Of a stretch of DNA of 64,000 bases, positions 1 to 9,569 are shown one piece after another. The notes under the pieces are model-generated. The model saw only the letters and a program-made list of their open reading frames with translations, ran no database searches and was not told where the DNA came from. The translations under genes and the position numbers were made by a program. This DNA is from Alphaproteobacteria bacterium. GTDB lineage: Bacteria > Pseudomonadota > Alphaproteobacteria > RF32 > CAG-239. The stretch lies in the NCBI GenBank assembly GCA_017479985.1, contig JAFVBL010000012.1:791-64790 (forward strand), read 5' to 3'. Numbering within the stretch: the first letter of the stretch is position 1; each line of letters opens with the position of its first letter.

Positions 1-1916
1 AATTCCCGCCCCCGATTTTGTTCATCGGCTTATCATTATCATTACCGACCCAAACAGCGGCAACATATTTATTGGTCCAACCGATAAACCAAGCATCGCG
101 ATAATTCTGAGTGGTACCTGTTTTTCCGGCGGCAAAAACAGGTAACTTCGCCTTCCGCCCCGTTCCCTGATTGATAACGGCCTCAAGCATCTGTGTCAAG
201 TTCAATACATCATTTGATTTAAGGATTTGTGTCGGTTTCTCTGCCGCACGAACATACAACTGACGTCCGTCCTGTGTTGCCACTTCGTTAATCGTGTGCG
301 GCCACACCTGATACCCGCCGTTGGCAAGCGTTGTGTATGCGGTTGCCATATCAATTACTTTTACGCCGTTTGTTCCGAGCACCATTGACGGTGTTAATGA
401 TAAATTTGTCGTAATCCCCATTTTATGCGCATTTGTCGCGATATCTTTCAAATAAAGTTCGCGTGAAAGATGTACCGTTGCCGCATTGAGCGACTGTGCC
501 AGTGCATAAGTCAAAGAAACACTGCCGTAATAGCGTTTGGTATAGTTTTCCGGTTTCCATTTTCCGACCGTAATCGGTTCATCGGCAATAATACTTGCAG
601 GTGTAAAGCCGATTTGCAAGGCTGCTAAATACACAAACGGCTTGAATGCCGAACCGGCCTGCCGTACTGCTTGAGCCGCACGATTAAACTGACTGCGGTT
701 ATAATCCGTACCGCCGACCATCGCCTTGACTGCTCCCGTTTTATCCATAATGACCACTGCGCCTTCACTGACATTTTTATCCTTTGCCGCAGCAATTTTT
801 TCGCGCAAGATTCGCTCGGCGGTTTCTTGCAATTTCTGGTCAAGTGTCGTCATAACCACAATATCTTCACTGCGTTCACCGATAAAATCATTGACTTCAT
901 CATACACATATTGCGCAAAATGTTTACCGCCCGTCACACGATATTGCTGCCCGTTATTTACCGGCAGCTTCAATGCCTGACGATATGCCGCATCATTCAG
1001 AAATTTGTATTTTTTCATATTTTGCAATACAACATCGGCACGCTTCAAGGCGTTTTCGCGTTTTAAAATCGGATTATAGCGATTCGGCGCTTTCAGCATA
1101 CCCGCCAAAATTGCCGCTTCACGCACATTGAGTTCGTCTACACTTTTGTTGAAATACCAATTTGCCGCCGCTGCCGCACCATAATTACCGGAACCGAAAT
1201 AAACCCGATTGAGATACAGTGCCATAATCTGATTTTTAGAAAATTTCCTTTCAAGCCAAAGAGATAAGATAAGTTCTTGAACTTTTCGTTTAACCGTTTT
1301 ATTCGGTGTCAGAAAAATATTTTTTGCAACCTGCTGCGTTATTGTTGAAGCCCCTTGTGCATAACGTTTGCGAAAAATATTGGTAAACACGGCACGCGTA
1401 AAACCAAACACATCAAATCCGAAATGCTTATAAAAACGATGATCTTCGATTGCAATCACGGCATCGGTCAGATTCTTCGGCAGATTGTCGGGATAAATAA
1501 CCTGCGCATAAACATTGCCGAATTTTGCGATATCGTTGCCGTTTTCCGCCATAATCACAGTTGACGGTTGCCGTGTTTGCGCCACCGCTTTCTGCATATT
1601 CGGCATCGTCAAATAACAATAAAAAACATACCCGCATACAACTAAAAACAGTATAAACCCGACAATCAACGCCCATTTAAACAAACGCCATTTCCACGAT
1701 GCGCGATGTGATGTTTTTTTACGCGCCGCGGCTGTTTTAACTGAGCTTCCGGCTCGTGACGATGACGGATTCTGCCGGCGTGCCGTTGTCGGCGACTGTC
1801 TTTGAGTTATTTGAGTTTTGCGTGTTGAAACTTGCGCTCGCCCGCCCCCTGCCGTACGTTTTGCCGATGCCGATTTTGATTGCGTATTATTTGTTTTTCT
1901 TGTTGTCTGAACCATT
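1..1916 (-). CDS. Class A penicillin-binding protein (glycosyltransferase + transpeptidase), C-terminus cut by window edge
   Basis: My own translation of the minus strand from the ATG at 1916-1914. It shows a long basic N-terminal tail, one TM helix, GT51 motifs EDHRFYKHFG and GASTITQQ, then SAFKP (SxxK) and KTGTT. The frame stays open to position 1, which is why it is missing from the ORF track. Confidence 0.85.
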
Positions 1917-2045
1917 TTTTCCTCGTTTGATTGCCGATAATTATATCCGACGGAAGTTAAAGAATTTATAAAGTTTGGGAGCAAATTTAAAAATACTTGG
2001 CGAACAAATGAAACGCGTGTATATTACCATTCAAGGAGAAAAAAT

Positions 2046-4754
2046 ATGAGTAAAGTTTGTTTGATAGACGGTTCGGGATATATTTTCCGCGCATTTTATG
2101 CCTTGCCGACAATGACGGCGCCGGACGGCACACCGGTCAATGCCGTATATGGTTTTATTACAATGTTTATGCGCCTGTTGCAAAAAATTCCGTGCGATTA
2201 TTGCGTGGTACTGTTTGACGCCAAACGTCAAAACTTTCGTAATGAATATCTGCCCGAATATAAAGCCAACCGCGCTGAAATACCGGAACTATTGGTACCG
2301 CAATTTGATTTGATTCATCAGGCGGTAGAAATAATGGGTTTGCCTTATGTGATTCAGGAAGGCTACGAAGCCGACGATTTGATTGCCACTTATGCACGGC
2401 AGGCTCAAGAACGCGGATTGGAAACGGTGGTCGTATCGGCAGACAAAGATTTGATGCAGCTGATTAAAGACGGAGTCGAATATTATGACGGTATGAAAGA
2501 CAAATTCTACACTCCGGAAGATGTCAAGGAAAAATTCGGTGTTTATCCGGACAAGGTGGTTGATGTACAAGCACTTTCGGGCGATAAAATCGATAATATA
2601 CCGGGGGTACCGGGGATTGGACCGAAAACGGCGGCGGAGCTGGTTAATGAATACGGTTCATTGCACAGGGTTTTGGAAAATGCCGATAAAATCAAACAGC
2701 AAAAACGCCGCGAATTATTGATTGCCAACAAAGAAGCGGCGGAAATCTCACTTAAATTGGTAACATTGAAAACCGATGTACCGGTTGAACATCAACTTGA
2801 TGAGTTTAAGTGCAAAATTCCTTTAATAAAACAACTATTTGATTTTGTTGATAAATACAATTTCAAAAGCATACGGCCGAAACTTGAAAAATGGGTGGAA
2901 GAACGCCAAATCATACTCGGTACGAAAATTGCGGAAAAAAGTATTGTACCGGAACCCCGATATGCCGAAATCACTACCCGCAAACAGCTTGAAGAAGTGT
3001 ATCGAGAAATTAAAAACACCGGAGAAACTGCCTTTCAAACATTGTTCGACGGCGAAAAAACAGTCGGTATCAGTTTAAGCACTGAGCCGTATCGCGCTTG
3101 GTATCTGCCTGTACCGCAGCAAAACACGGGCGGTGATTTGTTCAGTTTTGAAACCGCAACACATTCCGAACTTGAATTTGAAACAGTTTGCAAATTCTTA
3201 AAGACCGTGTTTAACGACACCGATATTCTGAAAATTGCCGCAGATATCAAACCCCAATGGCACAGACTCAATGCTTTATGCGGCGAGGTTCTTGATCTAT
3301 GGCCGTATGATGACTTGGCGATTATGTCGTATGACTTGGACAGCTCCGAGCACGAGCACAATCTGCCGACTTTAAGCGCAATGTTTTTAGATGAAATATT
3401 GGCAGAACCTAAAAACTCGGGCAAAAAAACAACGTTTGATTTTAAGGCGGAAGAATACGGCGATTATATCTATCAAACGTCCGATTTTGCAATAAGGCTA
3501 TACCCTGTTTTGAAAAAACGCCTGTTTGACGAACATAAAAATTATGTGTATGAAGTATTGGACCGCCGATTGGCTCAAGTACTGATGAAAATGGAACACG
3601 CCGGTGTTGTAATCAACAATAAAACGCTTGCCGAGCTGGATATCGAATTTAAAGCAAAAATGCAAACAATAGAGAAAGAAGTTTTTGCACTGGCAGGAGA
3701 AGAATTTAATCTCAATTCACCGGCACAAATCGGCGAATTATTGTTCGAGAAAATGGGCTTAAAAGGCAAAAAAACGGCAACCGGAAAATACAATACGGGC
3801 GCCGAAGTGCTTGAACAACTGGCGGAAGAATATGAAATTGCCGCAAAAATACTTGAATGGCGCAGCTATGCCAAACTAAAATCAACTTATACAACCGCAC
3901 TTTTGGAGGCTCGCGACCAAGATAACCGCGTGCATACCACTTTTTCGCAAACTGTTGTCAACACCGGCCGCTTGGCATCATCTAACCCGAATTTGCAAAA
4001 TATTCCGAACCGCACCGATATCGGCCGTAAAATCCGTGCCTGTTTTGAAGCAAAAAAAGGATATAAACTTGTGGCGGCGGATTACAGTCAAATGGAACTG
4101 CGGCTGATGGCCTCAGTTGCAGATGTAAAGGCGTTAAAGGAAGCATTTGCAATCGGTGCGGATATTCACGCGGCAACGGCGGCCCGTGTTTTCGGCCTGT
4201 CGCAGGACAATGTTGACCGCGAGCATCGCAGCCGCGCCAAAGCCATCAATTTCGGTATTATTTACGGTATTTCACAATTCGGACTTGCCAAACAAATCGG
4301 CGTTTCACGCGATACAGCCAAACAATATATAGATTCATATTTTAAAATTATGCCGGAAATTAAGAAGTTTATGGAGCAAACAACCGAGTTTGCACATCGT
4401 CACGGCTATGTGGAAACACCTTACGGCAGAAAGTGTGCGCTTGCCGGAATTAACGACACCAATCAGCGGTTGGTTTCTTTTGCCGAACGTGCCGCGATAA
4501 ATGCGCCGATTCAGGGCGGTGCGGCAGATATTGTCAAACTGGCGATGCAAAGAATAGATACGGCACTGGCCGCACAAAATCTTGATGCACGCCTGTTGTT
4601 GCAAGTTCACGATGAATTGGTGGTGGAAGCAAGTGAAAAAGACGCACCGAAAGTCGCGGCATTGATGAAAGAAATTATGGAAAATGCGGCAGATACCGCC
4701 GTCAAAATGGAGGCAAGCGTCGGCATCGGCGACAAATGGAACGACGCACACTGA
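2046..4754 (+). CDS. polA: DNA polymerase I
   Basis: 902-aa ORF. N-terminal 5'-3' exonuclease (LIDGSGYIFRAFYALP), polymerase motifs DYSQMELR, RSRAKAINFGIIYG and QVHDELVVE. SD AAGGAGA lies upstream of the ATG. Confidence 0.95.
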   Translation: MSKVCLIDGSGYIFRAFYALPTMTAPDGTPVNAVYGFITMFMRLLQKIPCDYCVVLFDAKRQNFRNEYLPEYKANRAEIPELLVPQFDLIHQAVEIMGLPYVIQEGYEADDLIATYARQAQERGLETVVVSADKDLMQLIKDGVEYYDGMKDKFYTPEDVKEKFGVYPDKVVDVQALSGDKIDNIPGVPGIGPKTAAELVNEYGSLHRVLENADKIKQQKRRELLIANKEAAEISLKLVTLKTDVPVEHQLDEFKCKIPLIKQLFDFVDKYNFKSIRPKLEKWVEERQIILGTKIAEKSIVPEPRYAEITTRKQLEEVYREIKNTGETAFQTLFDGEKTVGISLSTEPYRAWYLPVPQQNTGGDLFSFETATHSELEFETVCKFLKTVFNDTDILKIAADIKPQWHRLNALCGEVLDLWPYDDLAIMSYDLDSSEHEHNLPTLSAMFLDEILAEPKNSGKKTTFDFKAEEYGDYIYQTSDFAIRLYPVLKKRLFDEHKNYVYEVLDRRLAQVLMKMEHAGVVINNKTLAELDIEFKAKMQTIEKEVFALAGEEFNLNSPAQIGELLFEKMGLKGKKTATGKYNTGAEVLEQLAEEYEIAAKILEWRSYAKLKSTYTTALLEARDQDNRVHTTFSQTVVNTGRLASSNPNLQNIPNRTDIGRKIRACFEAKKGYKLVAADYSQMELRLMASVADVKALKEAFAIGADIHAATAARVFGLSQDNVDREHRSRAKAINFGIIYGISQFGLAKQIGVSRDTAKQYIDSYFKIMPEIKKFMEQTTEFAHRHGYVETPYGRKCALAGINDTNQRLVSFAERAAINAPIQGGAADIVKLAMQRIDTALAAQNLDARLLLQVHDELVVEASEKDAPKVAALMKEIMENAADTAVKMEASVGIGDKWNDAH

Positions 4755-4854
4755 AAAAAGAACGGCTTGCACCTTTCAAAATACAAGCCGTCTTGTTAGA
4801 AACTCCACACAATAATATCGTTCTGCTGCCGTTATCAACGACACTCACGGCAAC

Positions 4855-5034
4855 AAAAAAGCCATCTCGCGAGAGATGACTGGAAGTTCGAAACCACTAC
4901 ATAGAAATGGTGCGGCATATTCACCGCAACGGTTTATTTTGCCAGCCTTCCAGCCTACGCCGAAAAGCCGTTTTATCGTCCGACAGACGCTATGTAAATG
5001 AGGTTTCGACACCTCCGGCAGACCTCTCCGCCTG
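4855..5034 (-). ncRNA. Candidate stand-alone structured sRNA (about 180 nt), identity unknown
   Basis: Minus-strand sigma70-like promoter: TTTACA (5069-5064), 17-nt spacer, TATAAA (5046-5041). The body is GC-richer than neighbouring AT-rich spacers. Long closing helix between 5016-4990 and 4904-4882. Intrinsic terminator CATCTC-tcgc-GAGATG (4878-4863) followed by a T-run (4860-4855). No ORF, and convergent with polA. Confidence 0.5.
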
Positions 5035-5165
5035 TAAATATTTATAAAATAAAAAATCCGTATTGTAAAGCTAATTTTATGATCTTCATCGTCACGCTTT
5101 TAACTAAAATTTAGATTTTATCTGCTAAAAAATATGACATAAAAAACATTTTAAGGGGATAAAAG

Positions 5166-5699
5166 ATGAAAAAAAGTTTACTTTTCGCCGCAACGGCACT
5201 GCTGTTTGCTTCTGTTGCCAATGCCGGTCCGCTGACACCTTATGTCGGTTTTGATTATGTGAATATGGCACCTAACGTGGCCGATTCTTTGCCGGAAAAC
5301 TATGATGTCGGCAGTATCAATGCCGGTTTGCGTTATGATAATGCGGGTGCTCTCGAACTGTTCTACAGCCGCTCAATGCGCGAAAAAAGCAATAACGGTA
5401 ATATGGTAACGCGCGGCCGCCTCAACGGTTACGGGGCCGACTTGCTTATTAGCGGTTATGATTTCAGTCAGGCTTCGATTCTGGGATCGGTCGGATACGG
5501 TCGTTTTACCACAAAAATGCGTGACCAAGGCGGCAACCGCAATGAGACGGGCAATGTTGTGCGTTTAGGTGTCGGCGGTGAAATCAACCCGACTCTGAAC
5601 TGGGGTTTCCGTGCAATGTTCCGCTATTCTCTGGCTGACAGCGAGGCTTTTAAAAACGCCAAAGAATTTTCTGTCGGCGCGCGCTACTATTTTTATTGA
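5166..5699 (+). CDS. Small outer-membrane beta-barrel protein (OmpW/porin-family-like)
   Basis: 177 aa. Signal peptide MKKSLLFAATALLFASVANA, alternating amphipathic strands, C-terminal aromatic signature ...GARYYFY. Confidence 0.7.
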   Translation: MKKSLLFAATALLFASVANAGPLTPYVGFDYVNMAPNVADSLPENYDVGSINAGLRYDNAGALELFYSRSMREKSNNGNMVTRGRLNGYGADLLISGYDFSQASILGSVGYGRFTTKMRDQGGNRNETGNVVRLGVGGEINPTLNWGFRAMFRYSLADSEAFKNAKEFSVGARYYFY

Positions 5700-5724
5700 T
5701 TAAGCAAGAAATAAACACTCACAA

Positions 5725-5750
5725 ACGCCGCTAACTCCGGCGTTTTTTTT
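5725..5750 (+). terminator. Rho-independent terminator of the OMP gene
   Basis: ACGCCG-ctaactc-CGGCGT hairpin followed by T8. Confidence 0.8.
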
Positions 5751-5858
5751 GTCCCGAAAAATAAAATAGAGTGCCGATTCCAAACCGACACTCCGTTACT
5801 TTATGCAAAAATTCTGAATTATCGTTTTTCCATTAAATTATTTTATCTATAAGTTATG

Positions 5859-7997
5859 TTAAATTTCTCCGATAATTCTTTCTAAATCCTTTAAATGCCA
5901 CTTAACATCTTTTTTCAGTTGCTTATATTTTTTGCGTGTTTTACCGAAAGTCAAGTTGGATAAAATCTTAAATTTCCAGAAAAGCCATTTATCGTGGTAA
6001 TAATTGAAAATGTCTTTAAGAAACTTCTCATCAATGGAACTTTTCGTTGGTGTTGTCAACACATTTCCTCTGCATAATTCACGCATAAAAATTTCGTAAA
6101 ACGGTGTTTTTCTGGCATATTTCCACCAAACATCAGCATACGTATGATAAGGATTTTTCCACGGTTTTTCGTGTGAGGTGTAATGAATAATATACGGCAT
6201 TACATCCGGATTTTCGCACAAATTAACCAATTCAGCGGACAAATTTTTCTTAAAATCGGTAAAGAAAATTTTGATATGCCACTGATAATTCCAAATTGGT
6301 GGTAATAAGAAATAATTATTTTCAAAAGCCACGTTCATCACATTTTGATCATGAAAAAAGCGATTGTTTCGCTCTGCCAAATCAATGAGATATTCGAACT
6401 CTATCTCATTAAAACCGGCAATATCAATAATCATAACGCCGGAGTTAAAATAATGCGGAATGTCAAAGAAGCCTAATGTATCATTCATATACTTTTTGAA
6501 ATTCTGCCACATTTTAGCATTAAATCCTTGGCTTTCTAAACTATTGCAAACTACGGTATCTAATGCTGCTGCAATCGGATAACATTGTATATCCGTATAA
6601 AATAACTCGGCGATATCTTGTGTCACGACCAAATCACAGTCTAAATATAAAATCCGATCGTATTCAGCAAAAATCTTGCCAACAAAAAGCCGGAAGTATG
6701 CCGAAAGTGTAATATGGTTTGCAGTAAACAATTTATCCAATGCATATTTTTGAGCATATTCATTCATATTAAAAAAACGAATGGTAATATTTGGAAAATT
6801 TCTGACAAGTGATAGAATAAAGCGCTTTTGGTAATCATAAATTTCTTGGTATAAAATAACAATATCATAGTTGTAATTAAGCGAACTATTTTCAATAATT
6901 GAAGCAATCGTTACCGATAAATATGGTATATAATTTTTATCTGTAGAAAATACCAAATTGACACTTTTATCCTTATAAGCCGGATGGACATTTTCCACAT
7001 CATAAGAGTTATAAGCATTAAAGGCAAAATAGTTTCTATTTACAAGTAATTCGTAATTTTTTTCTTCACTTGTTTCTAAATCAAAATCAGAAACCTTAAA
7101 TTGTGATAAGAAAGCAGCATATTCGTCTATTACTCTTTGTTTGCTTTGCCAATTTTCCACCGGAAAACATTTTATCAACCAGTTAAGTTTGCCAAGATAC
7201 GATTTGATATATAGAGATTTGTATTCATTCCATTTATCACCGGATATCAAATTTTGGTATATAATATTGTTTGCTTGAAAAGATTCTTCAAGATGCTTGC
7301 TTTGATGCCGGAGAACCGCATCAATACTGGAGCCTTCACGCCGCAGATAATTCATCAGCTTAGGAGTATGAAAATAGAGGTACTTTGCTCTTGTCATCCA
7401 GTGCCAGAAAAAGCAAAAGTCCTCAGAAACTCGGATATTTTCCGGAAAACGTAAACCGATTTCATCAATAAATGATTTGCGGAAAATCTTGTCCCAGCAA
7501 TTAACGGAAAATGCACGAATCATCTCCGGCATAACTTTTTTCTTGCCTCGCCATTTCATCTTGAAATAAGCATCATCGCTTTCCTTTAGTTCTTCAAATG
7601 TTTCATAAACAACATTGACGCCAAAACACGCAACATCAACATCATTATGCTTTTCCATAATGTTATACATTTCTTCACAACAAATCGACTCATAATAATC
7701 ATCTGAATCCAAAAATTGAATATACTTTCCCTTGGCGACTTCCAAACCGTGGTTGCGTGCGCCGCCTTGTCCTTTGTTTTGCTGATTAACGACAATGATA
7801 CGAGAATCTTTGGCAGCATATTCTTTTAGAATCATCAAAGAATCATCTGTTGAACCGTCGTTAATACAGATAATTTCAATATCTTCAAGCGTCTGTTTTA
7901 TTAAACTTTCTAAACATTTTCCTAAATAGTTCCGCACATTATACACCGGCACAATAATCGAAACTTTCGGCTGATTGACATCTGTTTTCTTTTTCAT
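5859..7997 (-). CDS. Bifunctional glycosyltransferase, N-terminal GT2 fused to C-terminal GT8 (LgtC/RfaJ-like)
   Basis: 712 aa. GT2 part: VSIIVPVYNVRNYLGKCLESL...INDGSTDDS...LDSDDY. GT8 part: NLVFSTDKNYIPYLSV...YLDCDLVV...YFNSGVMIIDI...IIHYTSHEKPW. The gene is visibly more AT-rich than its neighbours. Confidence 0.8.
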   Translation of the reverse strand: MKKKTDVNQPKVSIIVPVYNVRNYLGKCLESLIKQTLEDIEIICINDGSTDDSLMILKEYAAKDSRIIVVNQQNKGQGGARNHGLEVAKGKYIQFLDSDDYYESICCEEMYNIMEKHNDVDVACFGVNVVYETFEELKESDDAYFKMKWRGKKKVMPEMIRAFSVNCWDKIFRKSFIDEIGLRFPENIRVSEDFCFFWHWMTRAKYLYFHTPKLMNYLRREGSSIDAVLRHQSKHLEESFQANNIIYQNLISGDKWNEYKSLYIKSYLGKLNWLIKCFPVENWQSKQRVIDEYAAFLSQFKVSDFDLETSEEKNYELLVNRNYFAFNAYNSYDVENVHPAYKDKSVNLVFSTDKNYIPYLSVTIASIIENSSLNYNYDIVILYQEIYDYQKRFILSLVRNFPNITIRFFNMNEYAQKYALDKLFTANHITLSAYFRLFVGKIFAEYDRILYLDCDLVVTQDIAELFYTDIQCYPIAAALDTVVCNSLESQGFNAKMWQNFKKYMNDTLGFFDIPHYFNSGVMIIDIAGFNEIEFEYLIDLAERNNRFFHDQNVMNVAFENNYFLLPPIWNYQWHIKIFFTDFKKNLSAELVNLCENPDVMPYIIHYTSHEKPWKNPYHTYADVWWKYARKTPFYEIFMRELCRGNVLTTPTKSSIDEKFLKDIFNYYHDKWLFWKFKILSNLTFGKTRKKYKQLKKDVKWHLKDLERIIGEI

Positions 7998-8024
7998 ACC
8001 ATCCTCTTATGTTCAAAATTCAAA

Positions 8025-8241
8025 TAAAAAAACCCGCTCAAAAAAAGCGGGCGGATGTTCAGAAACCGTCAAATATTCATAAAAAAAGCGGCTCGGCCTA
8101 TTCGGCGTATAGCCTTATTTAGCCGACATCCGCCCTTTTAAGAGGCAGAAGCCGGCATACAAGTTTTAAGTCGCTTATGCTCCAGCGACTTATGAATATT
8201 TGATAGGGGTTCTGAAGCCCTAAATACAATCTCTTGTATCT
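8025..8241 (-). promoter_or_regulatory. Structured leader/attenuator (or sRNA) upstream of the GT2-GT8 gene
   Basis: Minus-strand promoter: TTGACA (8276-8271), 17-nt spacer, TAAATA (8253-8248). About 25-bp interrupted closing helix (8216-8190 with 8082-8058). Terminator CCCGCT-ttttttg-AGCGGG (8051-8033) plus a T-run. SD and ATG of the glycosyltransferase follow about 25 nt later. Alternative pairing GGGCGGATGT (8135-8126) with ACATCCGCCC (8058-8049) overlaps the terminator 5' arm. Confidence 0.5.
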
Positions 8242-8345
8242 GTTTCTTATTTAAACGAAACAGTCAATATTGTCAATCAATATTTATCAAAAATACAAAC
8301 AAAGACGCAGCCATTCCTGTCTGCACTTTCTGAAATATGCCTCAC

Positions 8346-9476
8346 TCACTTAAACAAATCGGCGACTTTATCAAAAAATCCCTTAATTTCAGGCTGACAG
8401 GTTTCATCTTTACTCTCGGCGCGAAAAGCCTCCATCAGCTCTTTTTGCTTATCGCTCAATTTGGTCGGAATCACCACTTTCACATTAACAAACAAATCGC
8501 CGCGCTTTTCCGAATCATAAAGACGCATTCCCTCACCTTTAACTTTTATCAGCGTATCGTTTTGCGTTCCGGCAGGCACTTCCACCGCAACTTTTTCACC
8601 GTCGATTCCCGGAATCTCAACTTTGCCGCCCAAAATTGCGCAACTCACAGAAATCGGCACCGCCGTATACAAATCCGCACCGTTACGTTCATACAGCTTA
8701 TGCGGCTCTACCGCTATTGCCACGTACAAATCGCCGTTTTCTCCGCCGTGCACACCGGCCATACCTTCACCGGCAATACGGATTCGCATATTTGTTTCAA
8801 CGCCGGGTTTGATTTTGACCTTAATCTTGCGATTAACCTTTTTCTGCCCCATACCCTTACATTCCGGACACGGGTCACTCACGGCATAACCGCTGCCTCC
8901 GCAAGTCGGACACGTTGTTTCAAAAACAAAGAACCCGCCTTGTTGCCGACGCACTTTACCGCTGCCGTGACAAGTCGGACATTCCGCCGGCTTTTCTCCG
9001 TTTTTGGTACCGTGACCGTGACAGGTTTCGCAATTTTCGGTTGTCGGATATGTAATTTCCTCTTCACAACCGTTAAATGCCTTTTCGAGCGTTATATTCA
9101 GATTATACCGCAAATCGCTGCCGCGTTGTTCATACGCCGCTTTACCGCCGCGCCCTCTGCCGCCGCCCATAAATTCTGAAAATATATCATTAAATACATC
9201 GGCAAAACCGCCGGAAAAATCAAATCCGCCGGCGCCCATACCGCCCATTCCGCTGACGCCTTCTTTGCCGTAATGATCGTATGCGGCACGTTTCTGGTCG
9301 TCTTTTAAAACCTCGTATGCTTCGTTAATCTGCTTAAATTTCTGCTCGGCATCTTTATCTCCCGGATTGCGGTCAGGGTGATATTTCATTGCCTGTTTGC
9401 GAAACGCACGTTTAATCTCGTCTTGTGAAGCAGTCTTATCCACTTCCAATAAGTCATAGTATTCCGTATCTGCCAT
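8346..9476 (-). CDS. dnaJ: Molecular chaperone DnaJ
   Basis: 376 aa. J domain with HPDRNP, G/F-rich linker, four CxxCxGxG zinc-finger repeats. Confidence 0.95.
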   Translation of the reverse strand: MADTEYYDLLEVDKTASQDEIKRAFRKQAMKYHPDRNPGDKDAEQKFKQINEAYEVLKDDQKRAAYDHYGKEGVSGMGGMGAGGFDFSGGFADVFNDIFSEFMGGGRGRGGKAAYEQRGSDLRYNLNITLEKAFNGCEEEITYPTTENCETCHGHGTKNGEKPAECPTCHGSGKVRRQQGGFFVFETTCPTCGGSGYAVSDPCPECKGMGQKKVNRKIKVKIKPGVETNMRIRIAGEGMAGVHGGENGDLYVAIAVEPHKLYERNGADLYTAVPISVSCAILGGKVEIPGIDGEKVAVEVPAGTQNDTLIKVKGEGMRLYDSEKRGDLFVNVKVVIPTKLSDKQKELMEAFRAESKDETCQPEIKGFFDKVADLFK

Positions 9477-9569
9477 TTTCCACTCGTTAAATTATCTCTA
9501 ATGTTCGTTATTTAGAGTTTTTATTTTGCAAATGCAAGAGGGTTCACGCTTATCAACAACCGGAAATCG

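Noticed and set aside
4855-5034. Possibility that the sRNA candidate is tmRNA (including the two-piece alphaproteobacterial form), SRP RNA, RNase P RNA or 6S RNA.
   Set aside because: I found no tRNA-like acceptor/T-arm with a CCA end and no plausible tag ORF ending in hydrophobic-AA. The SRP GGAAGCAGCC-type helix-8 motif and the RNase P GAGGAAAGUCC motif are absent. The interior is multi-branched rather than having a 6S-type central bubble. The identity is therefore left open.
8337-9179. 280-aa plus-strand ORF antisense to dnaJ. Similar long antisense ORFs occur at 34180-35025 (opposite mrcA), 51626-52414 (opposite ettA), 57184-57885 (opposite the autotransporter), 48155-48694 (opposite the 222-aa gene) and 13085-13570.
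   Set aside because: Each lies fully inside a gene with strong family-level motifs on the other strand. Their translations are rich in F/R/H/C/I and have a low-complexity, implausible composition. They are shadow ORFs.
8346-9569. dnaJ without an adjacent dnaK as a possible anomaly.
   Set aside because: Uncoupled dnaK and dnaJ loci occur in many bacteria, and dnaK may simply lie outside this window. There is no sequence evidence of rearrangement.
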